A DNA stretch of 64,000 nucleotides from Octopus sinensis (Eukaryota): assembly GCF_006345805.1 (NCBI RefSeq), contig NC_042997.1, forward strand, positions 134,168,001 through 134,232,000. Reading direction: 5' to 3'. Positions within the stretch are counted from its first letter, which is position 1. Every line of letters begins with the position of its first letter. The notes below the pieces were generated by a model. The model saw only the letters and a list, made by a program, of their open reading frames with translations. It was not told the origin of the DNA and did no database searches. This document shows, piece by piece, positions 38,498 through 52,344 of this stretch. A program made the translations under genes and the position numbers.

Positions 38498-38828
38498 ACA
38501 TCTCCATATAGAATAAATGAAATCTGAATATGCTAAAAAACAGAAAACTATTATTTGATGTTTATCTCCTAAAACTGCTAAGATATATATCATAACACAC
38601 TTGTAGCATTGTGTACCTGTTGTACTAATGAATTAAAGATTGATATAGGTTCTAAATTTTCTATTATAGGCACAGGTAATTTTGTGTGCTTAAGAAGCTC
38701 GCTTTGCAACCATGTGGTTTCGGGGTTCAATTCCACTACACACCATCTTAAGCAAGTGTCTTCTATATCCTCACAATGACTTGTGAGTGAATTTGGTAGA
38801 CGGAAACTGTGTGCAACCTTATGGAATA

Positions 38829-38870
<42 letters not shown>

Positions 38871-39264
38871 CGCACGCGCGTGTGTATTTGTGTGTGACTG
38901 TGTGTGTGTGTGTGTGTGTGCATGTGTATGTATGTGTCTGCCCGAGTTTTAACAAACCTAGCTTTAACAAATAAGCACTATTATCGATCCGTTCCATGAA
39001 ACACATCACAACGGTGCCCCATCATGGCCACAGTCTAATCATTGGAACAAGTAAAAGATGAAAGATATTCTCCAGTAAATTTCAACAATTCGTTGTACCT
39101 TATCTTCATCATTCAAATGTTGTTTCCTTATACTTAGAAAATCTTTTCCGCATATAAAAGTTGTTTACGTATGATTTCACACATTTACTTGTATATTGGC
39201 ACTCCTCTATTGTCGCACAACTGACACACTTATTATAACTGCTATTTGAAGTATTATCAAGAGA

Positions 39265-40150
39265 GACAAACGAAGGCGGAAGTATTGTTTATAGTCGTGT
39301 TTGTTTGTCCGTGGACAAGTTATCTCAAGAATTGCAGGATGAATTCGGATGAAACTTTCAGAGACGTCCCGCCTTGTGACGAGCACGAAGCGCTTAGATT
39401 TCGGGATCTATCCGGTACTGGACAAGGATTCTAGAGTATTTGTTATAGTTACTTTACCCTACATGATTACGATCTTACATTGACTTTCCACTTTTCTCAA
39501 TTATCTCCATTTAGGCTGTTTCTAAAGTTTTATTTTCGTTCTTCTATTATTAATTTTACTCGCGTCTCTATCTTAATAGAAAGCGATGGATAAAGAAATC
39601 AAACTACATAAGCAAACGGCGGCAAAACCGTTCAGAAATTAAATAACACTAACATATCTTCATAATATATATTTTATATATTATACAAACAAATTAACAC
39701 TTTACAATATACTTACATATATACATACATGTCCACATCGATCTAAAACAACAGGTATACTAAAGGAAGGCCGGAAATTAAGAGAAGAGAAAACCAAACG
39801 GTTTCATGCTATTCATTAAAAAATTCCTGAATAGAACATATTATTATTACCTCCACCTTTGAAACTATTTTGAATGGTGAATTTGTTAACTTTGGCTTAT
39901 ATTAAGACAAGGGTAAACTATTTATTACTGTTACTAAATTTTCTACACTCACCATCACATTCCATGGCTATCACTGTGATCGATCCGGTACCGGACAAGT
40001 ATTCTGGATTATTTTTCCGTTTTTTTTTGCTTAATTTTTGAGAGAGGTCGGATTCATTTTTAGCATTCTCGTTTGTGAGAGCAGTCGGGTTTAATTCATA
40101 TATTCTCATTTTAAAAATCATCTCCGGTTAATCGTTGAAAAGGCGTTGGT
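39265..40150. mobile_element. Non-autonomous DNA element (HINE/Helentron-like?), interrupted
   Basis: gtttgtttgtccgtggacaag...gaaactttcag...gatccggtac(t/c)ggacaag appears at 39400-39430 and 39980-40010; classification tentative. Confidence 0.35.
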
Positions 40151-40329
40151 GTTGTTGTTAATGTTGTATTTGAGTCAGTTGAATTGAAAGTGTATACGCT
40201 CCATGTGAGTACTGTTATTGTTAAACTGTTATTTATTGAATTATGGATTGTTGTTACCTGAAATTGTTGAACTTGTTACCTGGTTTTTAAATTTTCTTCC
40301 CCAATTATGGATGGTGCTAGCGAGCTGTT

Positions 40330-41530
40330 ATGCTGCGGTGACTAGCAAAATCCTGTCAGCAGAGGTACTGCAAGTTAGAGAAATTAAATTGCAGGAGAAA
40401 AACTTCAAGAAATATAATGATTTATTGAGAAAGGAGGAAGATAGCATGAGGTTGACACCTCCCAAGGAAGTGACAGAAAAAATGGAGAAGAAAACAATTG
40501 TATACAATTGTATTTCAACGAAAAAGGAGGGAATGGCAGCGGTGGAGGTGGTTGAGGAGAGCCTGAGAGAAGTTAAGAATGTAACGAGGTACTACACCAG
40601 AGGAAGGAAATACGGCACAGTGGAGGTACGTGAGTAAAGAAGAAGCGAGAAAATACTTCATTGTACCTTTGAGATCAGCGGAGTGGGCACTACTACCAAC
40701 TTACTGTGGCAAACGTGAGGCCAGAGTAAGAATAGGTAGGGTGCTCCCAGAAATTGATGAGGCGTGGCTGGTGGCAGCCATCCTCTTCAATAGAGAGGAG
40801 GACACCGAAATATTGAAATATTGAGAACTACGGAGGTGAATTGATGAGGGTATGGACTAGAGGTATTGGTCCATATAAGCTTGCCAGACCTTCACAAGAT
40901 TGCGGAAGAACTGGTAATGCCAGATGAAACAAGGTTAAGAATAGTGGTGGAAGGAAGACCGCCTCTATGTTTTCTATGTGGAGTAAGGGGACACATGAAA
41001 GTAAAGTGTCCCCAGAAATACTAACAGGAGGAGACAGAGAAGGAAATCAGGAAGAAGAGGGTGCAACCAAAGAGGAGGAGAAAATGAAAGAGCAATGAAG
41101 AAGAGTAATACAGACTCACCACCAAAAAGTCTGAGGAAGAAATGAGAGGCAAGTGGAAAGGAGACACAGAGTGAAAAACGAGAGAATACGGATGAGAAGA
41201 GAAAAAAACGAAAAGACATCAAAAGTGAGGAACGAATGCAGAAACCATGAACTGGCAAAGAGGAAAGAGAACAGAAGAGAAAGGAAAATGAAAGAGAGGT
41301 GATAGCAACACAGAATGAGAGACAGACAGAGATGAAAATGCCAACGGTAGAGGAGGGGATTGGTGAGGAGAGAAAGAGACTCCGAAAAGGAAAAACCTGA
41401 GAACAATGGTGCAATACACAAAAAGTGTAGAGATAGAGAAAAAGATTGCTAAGATGAAGATACGTTTATAAAAATGAATAGATACTGGAAGCGAAATAGC
41501 GGCAGAGAGGAGATGAGTAAAACCAAGAGC
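40330..41530 (+). mobile_element. Decayed LINE ORF1 (gag-like) relic
   Basis: Interrupted frames ending in zinc knuckle GRPPLCFLCGVRGHMKVKCP followed by a K/E-rich tract. Confidence 0.6.
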
Positions 41531-41539
41531 TCACGTTCT

Positions 41540-42420
41540 AGAATACAGGAAGTCATATGGTTTGTCCCCCTTTTTCTCTTAGAGTGAGAAATTTGCCCAA
41601 GTTGTTTCTTAAGATTCTAAAGGAGAATTTCCCAAAGAATCAAAAATACTATAGCATCTGTAATAAATCCTCCATCAAAGTTTCTTACTCGGTATTGCCG
41701 AATTTGGCCTCCATTATTGCATCTATTAATATAAGCAAGCTCTAATAAGCCTAAGGTTAGTGCTGCAAACCATTTACTCCCACCAGTCTTATCGTCCCCC
41801 TGTTTATGAGATAACTGAACGAAAGAACTCGGATGCCAGATAAGTAATGTTAGTATTAGCAATAGGGATATAGGTGGTTCTGGTAAATCCTGTAATTGTA
41901 GAAACCCTATATTATGTCCCTTTGACGAATTCTGTCTGACTACTATTGCTATATATACATGCGTTGTTAAAGAGGAGGGTAATTTGGATAGGTTTTACAT
42001 AGGCAGTACTGTCAATTTTAAGGCTAGGTATAGGTCTCACATGAATTCGTTTTCGAACGAAAATATTGTAACTCCACTACACTTGCCTCTTATATAAATG
42101 GTTTAAAGAGGAATAAAAAAAGTTAGTCTCTTGAGTAGTCTGTTATATTGAGGGCCCCTATTTTAGAGTTAATATTAACAAGTGTAAGTTATGTGTAAGG
42201 GAATCTCTTGCCATCCTTAAGTACTTTGGGCCTGAAACATTAAATAAACTTAGGGAGGTGATCTCTTTTTGCAACCATAAGTTTTCTTCTACTTTTCTGA
42301 GAGTATATATAAGTAAAATTAGATGTGGTAAATAATATTTAGATTTACGGGATTTTGAAACTGGATAGTATAAGTTCCTAATATTAGCAACCACCGGCAT
42401 GTTTAGCAATGAAATAATTT
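41540..42420 (+). mobile_element. Penelope-like GIY-YIG relic
   Basis: WFVPPFS...FLKILKENFP...IKVSYS.LPN..SII; CNCRNP; FYIGST.NFKARYRSH. Confidence 0.65.
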
Positions 42421-43038
42421 TTTTGTTTTGGAGTGTGTTAGAAAATTTGGACTGGTCCCGCGATAGTTTATTGTTTTTTAAATAGCCATGCGGAGTTGTG
42501 AACGAACAATTTGTTGAGATTCCTATTTATCCCGATGCCGAGATGTACCTTAACTCATAATCGAACTGCGGCAAGGAACTCCTGAAATAGATGTGCTTGA
42601 CTTGATTTTGTGGAACTCTTTTTACTTCTGGACTCCAACCTGGTTTTTATGAACTGAACATTTTTGACATACTTCTTTTTGTTTGAGGGGAATAAAAAAA
42701 AATTTTAGTCGATTGATATTTTATTTTATTTACATTTTTAGTCGCATGATATGCTTTAGAATTTTTAATCGATTGTAGTCTTGATAGGACGTTCTATATA
42801 TCAGTATTTTTATTTGCATATATATGTTTTACCTTTTGTGTTTTTTTTATATATGTATTGTTTATAAGTTTAAAAGCCAGGGTAATATTTATATATGATC
42901 AAATGTTTGGAGGCATGGTGTTTTATATAAAGTCGTTGACTCGAATTTGATGTTTGTTCTCTGGTCAATGTTATACATATATATATATATATATTATATA
43001 TATATATACATACATGCATACATTCATACATATATAAT

Positions 43039-43151
<113 letters not shown>

Positions 43152-43304
43152 AGTAGTTGAATGAATTATCCTAGTGTGGATAATTCGGTTAACCGATACC
43201 CGGGTAGCAAATCCACGTCAGAAAAACACGCTTGAAGCTACATGCCAAGGGCAGAGATCACGTCCTTTCGTGTGGAAATTTGTGTGTTTTTTTTAATACA
43301 AATC

Positions 43305-44275
43305 AATGAAAGAATGGAGTTGAACGACGATTTAACAAAATTCCTTTATTCTCGACATATGTTTCGAAGACTGCATATTCCTAATTTCGAAGTAAATTAG
43401 TTTGGCGTCTTAAGGACAGCAATATAACTTTCAAGCTGGAAATGGTCCATATTGTCTGTATCCTTTCCGTTTGATAAGGGCAGAAAATTTTGTGGCGTCT
43501 GTAATTCCGAACTTTTCCATATACTTTTCGCCAAATTCCCTTTAGTAAATACAATGGTTGAAAAATCCTATAGGTGCATGCACTGACAGAAACACACCTT
43601 GAATTTAATAATTTGGTTCCACTTATACAACACCACCATAGACAAATTTTTATACTCATGAAGGACTACTACCAAATTCGTTGGGTATGTTTTACCTTTG
43701 TCTCTCTACCTCTCCCTCCTCTCTCTTTCTCTCCCTCTCTCTATCGTAAGCACAATCAAACACAGACACAAACCTGTCACTTCACCACTAGTTGTTTTTG
43801 ACATCTACCCATCCACACACACAATCACGTACACACATACACACACATAGACACGAATGCAGTTATATACATACACACACATAGGCACTCAATCTCATTA
43901 GCAAAAGCAAACAACAACACATCAACATTCATATGACTTGCACCCTGTCACCTTCCTATTCTTAGATCTCTCTCCCCTTTCAACCTTGTTTGAACTCTTG
44001 AACTTTCTAGAATCTTCTACATTCAAACATTTTTTACGTCACTGCTTAAACGGAATATTTTAAAGAAACACTCATTATCGCTATGGACTCCGTGTGGGCA
44101 GTCATCTAAAAGTTTTTGTTCATCATGATGCTGACATAAGTTCCTTGTCTTTCCTGATGAGAAGGCGGCATAATGCACCCCTTATTCCTTCGAAATTAGG
44201 AATATGCAGTCTTCGAAACATATGTCGAGAATAAAGGAATTTTGTTAAATCGTCGTTCAACTCCATTCTTTCATT

Positions 44276-44280
<5 letters not shown>
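43305..44280 (+). mobile_element. 5'-truncated Penelope-like element 3' end with inverted 5' fragment
   Basis: 43393-43580 translates to a PLE C-terminus-like LVWRLKDSNITFKLEWSIL...CGVC...RCMH; 43305-43392 is the reverse complement of 44188-44276; hammerhead in the 3' repeat. Confidence 0.6.
44150..44230 (+). ncRNA. Type I hammerhead ribozyme fold with canonical core
   Basis: TTTC CTGATGA GAAGGC...GTCTTC GAAAC ATAT GTC GAGA; internal ATTCCT/AGGAAT hairpin in the stem II insert. Confidence 0.7.
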
Positions 44281-44357
<77 letters not shown>

Positions 44358-44373
44358 TATATATATATATACA

Positions 44374-44435
<62 letters not shown>

Positions 44436-44871
44436 ATTATATATATATATATGAGTACAGGACACCACAAATAAACGTAGAACACAACGAGAAACGAAAA
44501 CATAAAAACAAACTAGGAAACGGAATTTTTTTTAACAACGAAAAAACAGAGTACAAGACAAACAATACAAGAAATATTCCCCTTCATCAGCTGCCCCTGG
44601 TTCGACTCAATGTGTGTTTCGAAGGTAAGGGCTGAACACGATACGGCCGAAACAATCCTTCCTGCAAAATGAATTAAATAAAATTCTTTTGCAGAGGGAT
44701 AAAACAAGGAAAGAAAAAAAGTGACAAGAACAGGACGTAAAAGCAATACAAATAAAAATACAGTACACATAAAGAATAAAAACAGGACAATGAAACCAAC
44801 ATTGAGGGCTTTTTTAAGCCTAGACGATGGAAAAATTCGGAGCGCAATTTAGAATCGACTATCTAGAGACA

Positions 44872-45193
44872 GAAAAAGTCGATGTTGACTTGTAGAAAGC
44901 TACGAGCAAAAGAAAGTTAGTAGTCCACTCAGCAGTTATATGTTATTACATGACTGAGTGCCCTCGCGTCGTTTCGTTTCTTTCCTCCAAGTAAGTTTTT
45001 ATATATAATTATGACGCGCACTCTCTAACCCTTTACTTGACCTTCCCTTCCTTCCTGTCTGTCTTCCTCTCTACCTGTCTCTCTCCTTCTTATTTTTCAC
45101 CCTTTCTGGTTTCCTTCTCTCTCTCTCTCTCACTGCTGAGTGGACTACTAACGTTCTTTTCCTCGTAGCTTTCTACAAGTCAACATCGACTTT

Positions 45194-45195
<2 letters not shown>
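44872..45195. repeat. MITE-like fold-back element, ~63-bp inverted arms (44872-44935 / 45133-45195)
   Basis: aaaaagtcgatgttgacttgtagaaagctacgag...gtagtccactcagcag and its reverse complement. Confidence 0.7.
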
Positions 45196-45275
<80 letters not shown>

Positions 45276-46040
45276 GTCAGTCTGTCTGCCTGCCTGTCTG
45301 ACTGTCAGTCTGTCTGCCTGTCTGTCCACGTATCTATCTGTCTGTCTGTCTGTCTGTCTATGTATGTATTTATGTATGTATGTATGTATGTATGTATGTA
45401 TCTATCTATCTATCTAAAGCTTGAATGCAAGTTCTAGATGTATCTGACACTTTTTTCATATTTCATAAAACATGCAAACGCTTATTCTTCATTGATGAGA
45501 TGTTTTCAAATATTTGTATACTCTGCCTTACTACACCAGTCGAAAATTGTTATATTCCTCTGCAGAGAATGGCGAGGAAGCCACTGAAAAATTCATTGTT
45601 TCCTCTTTTTACACTCCTTATCCTTTAGTGATAATAAGGAGTTTGATGCTCTTTCCCAAAATCCTACCAGGAAATAATTTTTAAATAGCGATTTCAGATT
45701 TGAATAAGAGAGAAAAAGGAACAAGAAGCAACCTTTCCATCGTCCCTCGTAGCGAGTGTATTATTTATTAGACGCAATAGTGACCGTATGAAAATGTATA
45801 ATGTTATGTTGAAATTAGAGAAAGCAGGCGAAAGAGCATATGTCGTAGTTTAGACGACTGTGTTTTAATAAAATCTACAATAACACTTACTGAACTGGGC
45901 CATGATAGTCGTGAAGTTCATCCCGTTAAGAAATATTTCTCAATGTCCGGGTGCATTATATCACCGGATGTAACCAATTCCGTGTCATTTATTGTTGTAC
46001 AAGCTGATATTTTCTCATCATATTATGAATAGGAATGTAT

Positions 46041-46106
46041 GGGAATCCCACCGGTGGTTTTCAGAAAGGTATATAATGAGAAAATTCATGAGAGTCGAAG
46101 TCATTA
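46041..46106 (+). promoter_or_regulatory. Copy 4 core promoter: kB-like GGGAATCCCA (46041-46050), TATATAA (46070-46076), Inr-like TCATTA
   Basis: Direct reading and homology to copy 3. Confidence 0.6.
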
Positions 46107-46235
46107 AGAAGTAAATCATAATAAGAAACGAGTAAAGTTTCTTGTTTCTTTAGTGCATTACTGACTTACAGCCGTACTGCCCTCATCTTGCTTTCGACTT
46201 CATAGAGAACAAACACAGCAGTAAAAATAACGATG
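46103..46235 (+). other. IL17: First exon of IL-17 copy 4 (5'UTR plus terminal ATG)
   Basis: aataacgATG|gtaagtagac at 46233; homology to the copy 3 first exon. Confidence 0.75.
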
Positions 46236-46415
46236 GTAAGTAGACTTTACTTTATGATATCTAGCGAACTTTTGCATTTTACTCCTTAAATACCTACAAT
46301 AATTGAAACATAAGAATGTGTGTATGTATGTATGCATATTCATCATCATCATTATGATCAATATTTAACGTCCGTTCGTCGGACAGTTTTGTTAAAATAT
46401 ATTATATATATTATA

Positions 46416-46498
<83 letters not shown>

Positions 46499-46509
46499 AT
46501 ATATAAAAC

Positions 46510-48376
46510 AATAAATGTTGGGGTTGTGTTGACCGCACGTGCAGAAATGATAGGCAAGGAAAAATTATAAAAAGGCAGAATGCTAAATTGAAGATAAATT
46601 TTAATGAAAATGGGTGTATGGAAAATTTTGAAAAATTAACAAAATATATATATATTAATTCAAACCGGTTTCGTCACAATCTGACTTTTCAAGAATTGTA
46701 AGGTGAATATAAAAAAAAATTTTATGATTGAGGAAGGGAAAAAAAGAAAATTACATTGTTTTTTGCAAAAAGATAATAAACATATACAAAAATTAAAAAT
46801 AGGTACACCGATACATTGTAAAGTCTTTGTGTATCTCGAGTTCAATGATAGTTCTTGAAAAAATTACCTTGGAGGATTGAGATCCATGTGATTAAATCCA
46901 TGTGCTGTTTAATTAAAATTAGGATGCCTGTTAAATAAATGTCAAAACAGGAAGTAGTTATCCAGTTCCTGTGAGTAAGGGGAGACAACTCTGTGGGTTT
47001 AAGCTTTTCAATTGGGGTTATCAATTTTTTTGTAATAAAGGGTGTTAATAAACCTTAAATTATAAAATTATCATTTTAGATTCATTTGCATTATCTTTTT
47101 TTATATATAATTGTTTGCTAACTTAACATTCAGATTTTTACACTTTATTTGTATTGTTTTCTAATAATATAAATTTACATAAACCAATTTATAATTACAT
47201 TTCAGATTGTTATGTCATATATAATAACAATAATAATAATAATAATAACAACAATAATAATAATGATAAATAAAGAATATAAGTTTTAGCTTGAAGTGAT
47301 GACTTATATATTTGTATTGGTCCATCCATGAAGAATGAGGTAGAAAAAAGAAATATGATCAACGAGGAGTTTGCATATTAAGATGCATTTGAATTTTTCA
47401 ATAAAAAGATTCTTCTTGTTAATTCTCTCATTCCGTCTTTACATTGGTAGAAGGGGAATATGTAAAATTTGGGCTTTTTGTCTTTAGCGTATGAGTCTAT
47501 GTGGCTACTTAGTGGAATTTGCCGGTATTCTGGGAGATTTATTTGTTCTTTATGGACCGCTACTCTTTTACGTAAAGGGAGGCTCGTTTGTCCAACATAA
47601 TTATGTTGGCAATCGTAGATAAGGTTCTCGGAGGAACAGGAGAAGTTGGTCTTGATTTTAAACTTCGTTCCTTGTTTGAAGATAAATTCAGAGCCTTCAA
47701 GTAGGAAGGGACAGGTGCCACAGTTTGGGCGTGCATATTTTTTAACTGCTGGGGGTGGATGTGGTGTGTGAAGTTTGGCATTGGCCACGAGTTTTTTCAA
47801 AGATTTATGTTGCCTTTTACACTTGAGGATTTTGTGTGTATTTATAATGTCTTTCATTTTTGGGTCTGTTGACAGTAGAGTGAGGTTTTGTATGATTGTG
47901 GCGTATGCTTCGATATTTTTGGGGTTCTGGGTGGAAATGCATGGAAGTATTTTGGGGTTGTGTGTGTTGTTGCGTTGGGTGGTTTTCAGTGTAATGTTCT
48001 CTAGTTCTTTGGCACGTTTTATTCCATACTCTATAAGGGTGGGGGGATATTGGCGTTGTAATAGTATTTTTTCGAGGTCTTGAAGGCGCATTTCTCGAGT
48101 TTTGGGATCCGAGACAATGGTGCATACCCTTTTAGATAAGTTGAAAGGGATATTTGTCTTGGTGTGTTTTGGGTGGCATGAACTAAAGAGGCGGTATTGT
48201 TGTGAGTCTGTAGGTTTGTGGTAGATGTCTGGTCTGTTATGATTTGGTTCTTAGTTGTTTTTATAATTAGGAGATCCTATTTCTTAATTTTAGTATATGT
48301 TTATTATTATTTTTTTGCAAAAAACAATGTAATTTTCTTTCCCCCCCATCAATCATAACAATTTTTTAAATTTTCA

Positions 48377-48380
<4 letters not shown>
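46510..48380 (-). mobile_element. Penelope-like element (RT C-terminus and GIY-YIG) inside intron 1 of copy 4, with inverted 5' fragment
   Basis: ORF 47378-48091: CGTCP...NFSCSSENLIY...YVGQTSLPLRKRVAVH; 48285-48380 is inversely similar to 46700-46800. Confidence 0.75.
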
Positions 48381-48454
<74 letters not shown>

Positions 48455-48463
48455 TTATATATA

Positions 48464-48531
<68 letters not shown>

Positions 48532-48548
48532 TTATATATTTATATATA

Positions 48549-48616
<68 letters not shown>

Positions 48617-49565
48617 CAAAAGAAAGAACAGGATGCAAAGGATTTTGCGGTACATATGTTTCTGACTTTATTGAGCAATTCATATAAATGCATAATTGAT
48701 ATAACATGTAGGCCAACTGCCTTCTTCAGCCGCGTACAATTACCACACCAAAGACATGTATTACATTATAGCAGGTTTGAGAAGAAGTTTGGGAAAAAAC
48801 GAGTTTCATTGGGAAGGTAAATCCTCATAGTCGTATGTGGCATAGCGAGACACCAAAACAAAACGTCCATACCGTTTTTTCAGTCGATAAGGAATGAGGT
48901 GGGTTGGATCTTGAGAGAAAGAGGGAGGAGGGGGAGGGCGGTGACACTTTAATGAAGTTGGGATCACAAAGAGCAAAAAGTATATGTATAAATCTAAAGA
49001 TGATTATACATGATAATAGTAAGTACAAAATGTAATAAAAAGAGTAAAGATGTAAAAAAATAAGTATATACTGATACAAAGTATGTCATGAGTAAGGTCA
49101 TAAATTCTAGAGATGTATTGTGACAGTGTAGAAGGTATCAGACCTAAAGGGTAAAGAGTAAGATTAAAAGTAAAAAATAGCAAGGAAATACAAATAAGGA
49201 TAAAGAAGCGAAAGAATAAAGGCGAATAATAAAGGGAGGTAGTGATTGTTGATTGATAATAACACCGTTCCAGACGGTTTTACATGCTTTAGTAGATAAG
49301 TCTATAGACACACGCCATACTTAGAGCATACAACTGAAATTAACCATTCACCCATTACCTCCCCAGATAATTAAGATTTAATTTATGACACTCACTAAAA
49401 CATCAACCCTAACCTATCATCTCTAATCGCCATGTATTTTTCTGTATCTCTTTTTCTCTATCTCTTTATTCTTATCTTACTTTTCCTTATGTCCACTTTT
49501 TATTTATTTTTTATCTTTTTATCCCTGTCTGTCTGTCTCTATCTATCTATCTGTCTATCTATCTG

Positions 49566-49650
<85 letters not shown>

Positions 49651-49723
49651 ATATATATATATATGTGTGTGTGTGTAAATTAACGTAGAAAGCTTAATGA
49701 AAATATTTCTTGTTTTATTGCAG

Positions 49724-50233
49724 GATCCACCTCTAGTAATCTTTCTCTTCTTAAACTTCATCTTGATTGTATCTTCGGCATCAATTCCAACCCAATGTAA
49801 AATACCAACAGACTTAAAAGTCCGCTACGACAACTTGTCCAATGCAACCAGTGGTGATAATTTTTTTCTGCCCGCTGAAATGGCTCCAGCCAAAAGTAAC
49901 CAGACAACACTGACCGATGGTGATAAAAGCTGCCCAACATCACCTGCATCTAGTGACATCCGCGAACGTTCCACCTGTCCTTGGTACCTGAAAAATATTA
50001 ATGATACAACATTTTTCCCATCATTACGTAGAGAAGCGGTATGTCGCTGTACAAACTGTTCCGACCCTACGAACAAAAATCAACAATGTGCGACTGTATA
50101 CACTAATATGACTGTGCTGAAACGTACAGGTGAATGTGTTGATGGACTGTATGTTTATGAACCACATGTGATTGATGTAGCCACAGCCTGTGTGTGTGCA
50201 CGGACGGTTGATGTCACTGTTGATGGAAAATGA
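49724..50233 (+). CDS. IL17: IL-17-like cytokine, copy 4; CDS = join(46233..46235,49724..50233), 170 aa
   Basis: IL-17 cysteine pattern, signal peptide, acceptor ttgcag ending at 49723, upstream ATG|gtaagt at 46233-46241. Confidence 0.92.
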   Translation, partial: DPPLVIFLFLNFILIVSSASIPTQCKIPTDLKVRYDNLSNATSGDNFFLPAEMAPAKSNQTTLTDGDKSCPTSPASSDIRERSTCPWYLKNINDTTFFPSLRREAVCRCTNCSDPTNKNQQCATVYTNMTVLKRTGECVDGLYVYEPHVIDVATACVCARTVDVTVDGK

Positions 50234-50324
50234 GACGACTAACAGACGTAAAAACCAACCAACTGCTAAATTGTTCAGTGCGTGTAACGCAGAAGTTGTT
50301 TACAGTATAATTAAAACGTCATGT

Positions 50325-50341
50325 TGACCACTATGTGGTTA
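50325..50341 (+). promoter_or_regulatory. 3'UTR stem-loop TGACCAC-TAT-GTGGTTA, copy 4
   Basis: Same stem, UAU loop. Confidence 0.6.
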
Positions 50342-50819
50342 TTATTATTTTCATTTTACTTTTTATTTGCTTTTATATTTCACTTTTTACCTTCATCTTT
50401 GGTTATTATATATTGCTATCTGGGACATTTTAATAATCAATTACATCATATCTATATGAGGCACATGAACCGATATGGATCTAACAGAAATTTCACATGT
50501 ATTCGAGCATTGGAGTCTAACATTCATATAGGCAAGTGAATGGGAACTTATATGCTATGTGCATACGTATGCATATAAGCACACTTCTGCATGCTTTATT
50601 TAATTATATTCTAGTAATATATACGTATACATACATACAATCAGGAATGAAAACAAATGTAGAGCATTCATTAATGCATCAGAAGTGAATGACTCCGAAT
50701 CCCAGCACTTCGAGTTACTCGTTTACAATCATCAGATGGTAAACCTCACCTTGCTTTCTTTTGCATATTCAATGTCTATATTTTTTTTTTGACTACGTGA
50801 AATCGTAGCGTTTCATTTA

Positions 50820-50862
<43 letters not shown>

Positions 50863-50864
50863 AA

Positions 50865-50911
<47 letters not shown>

Positions 50912-51271
50912 GAGATAAAACCACTATTAGGCAAATCAAACAGTGAAAAACATAAACCAAAACATAAAAATAAATATAATTAATATGATATATAAAATAT
51001 ATAATATATAAAATTTAAAATTAATTTATTTAAATTAAAAATTTTTAATTTATACTTTTTATATTTTTTTAATATTTTTTGAATTTTAAGTTTATAAATT
51101 TTTAAACTTTTAATTTTTTAACATCTATATTTATTTTTTTATATAACTATCAAAAAGGTATTAAAAAGTTTAATATAATATAATAAGTATATATATATAT
51201 ATATATTTCTCTAGGTTTCAAATGCAAGGGACATTTTTCTTTTTTCTGTCTGTCTCTGTCTGTCTTTTTCA

Positions 51272-51361
<90 letters not shown>

Positions 51362-51372
51362 AGTATATATAT

Positions 51373-51406
<34 letters not shown>

Positions 51407-51407
51407 G

Positions 51408-51484
<77 letters not shown>

Positions 51485-51513
51485 TATATATATATATATA
51501 TAATATATATATA

Positions 51514-51570
<57 letters not shown>

Positions 51571-52344
51571 ACATATACACGCACACAGCAAGCAACACAT
51601 GCTTGAAATAGTTGTATATATTGAATAAGAATTTAATTATTTTAAATATTATTTACACGTATATATTTTCTATTCACATATATTTCTACATATTCAAGAA
51701 ATAATGTGCCATTAATTTTATAATTTGTACATAATAACTGTATATATTTTCATAAACAATAATTTCTAAATAATTATTTTGCATGTTTTTATAGCTGTTT
51801 ATTTTGTAACAATATGTTTAATAGAATCTTACTCTCTATATTTTATAAATATGTGAAGCAAGGAGAGATCAATTTATAAATCATAATTCTAACGAAAATT
51901 TACATTTGATTAATAAAATATATTATGAACACAAATATTCCACCTTTGTTATTTTCTCTGTATTATACCTTTGTCTGGGTAAATAATATAATTTTTGGAT
52001 AAAATATTCGACAGCTGGATGTCGCATTCAAAGCCTTTATCGGTGTTTTGCTGTGGTTCGTAATATAATACTTTTATATTCGTAATGTACTTGGTTATAT
52101 ATTACAAGTAAAAGGATTTCTGCAAATAATGCCTGCACTATGCTAACATAGTGAGCTGAACATTATTTACATTATTTACATTCGACGGATATTTGTCATC
52201 TTGTTTGTTGTTAACACAACATTTCGGCTGATATATCTTCCAGCCTTCTTCAGTTGCATTGAGGAAATTTCGAACCTGGGTTCTCATTCATAAGGTATTT
52301 TTCGATGTTGTTGTTGTTATTATTATCATTATTATTATTATTAT

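Larger units (their letters stand above)
36315..39262 (+). pseudogene. Exon-less relic of an IL-17 repeat unit (upstream blocks 36315-36412 and 36830-37120; intron block 38492-39262)
   Basis: Homologous to 12418-12500, 12650-12960 and 1042-1820 respectively; no ATG|gtaagtag and no coding exon seen. Confidence 0.65.

Noticed and set aside
37513-38511. 332-aa ORF as a host gene
   Set aside because: Microsatellite sequence fused to a LINE RT fragment.
44575-44640. Possible permuted hammerhead on - (GAAAC...GTC...CTGATGA)
   Set aside because: No convincing stem I could be formed.
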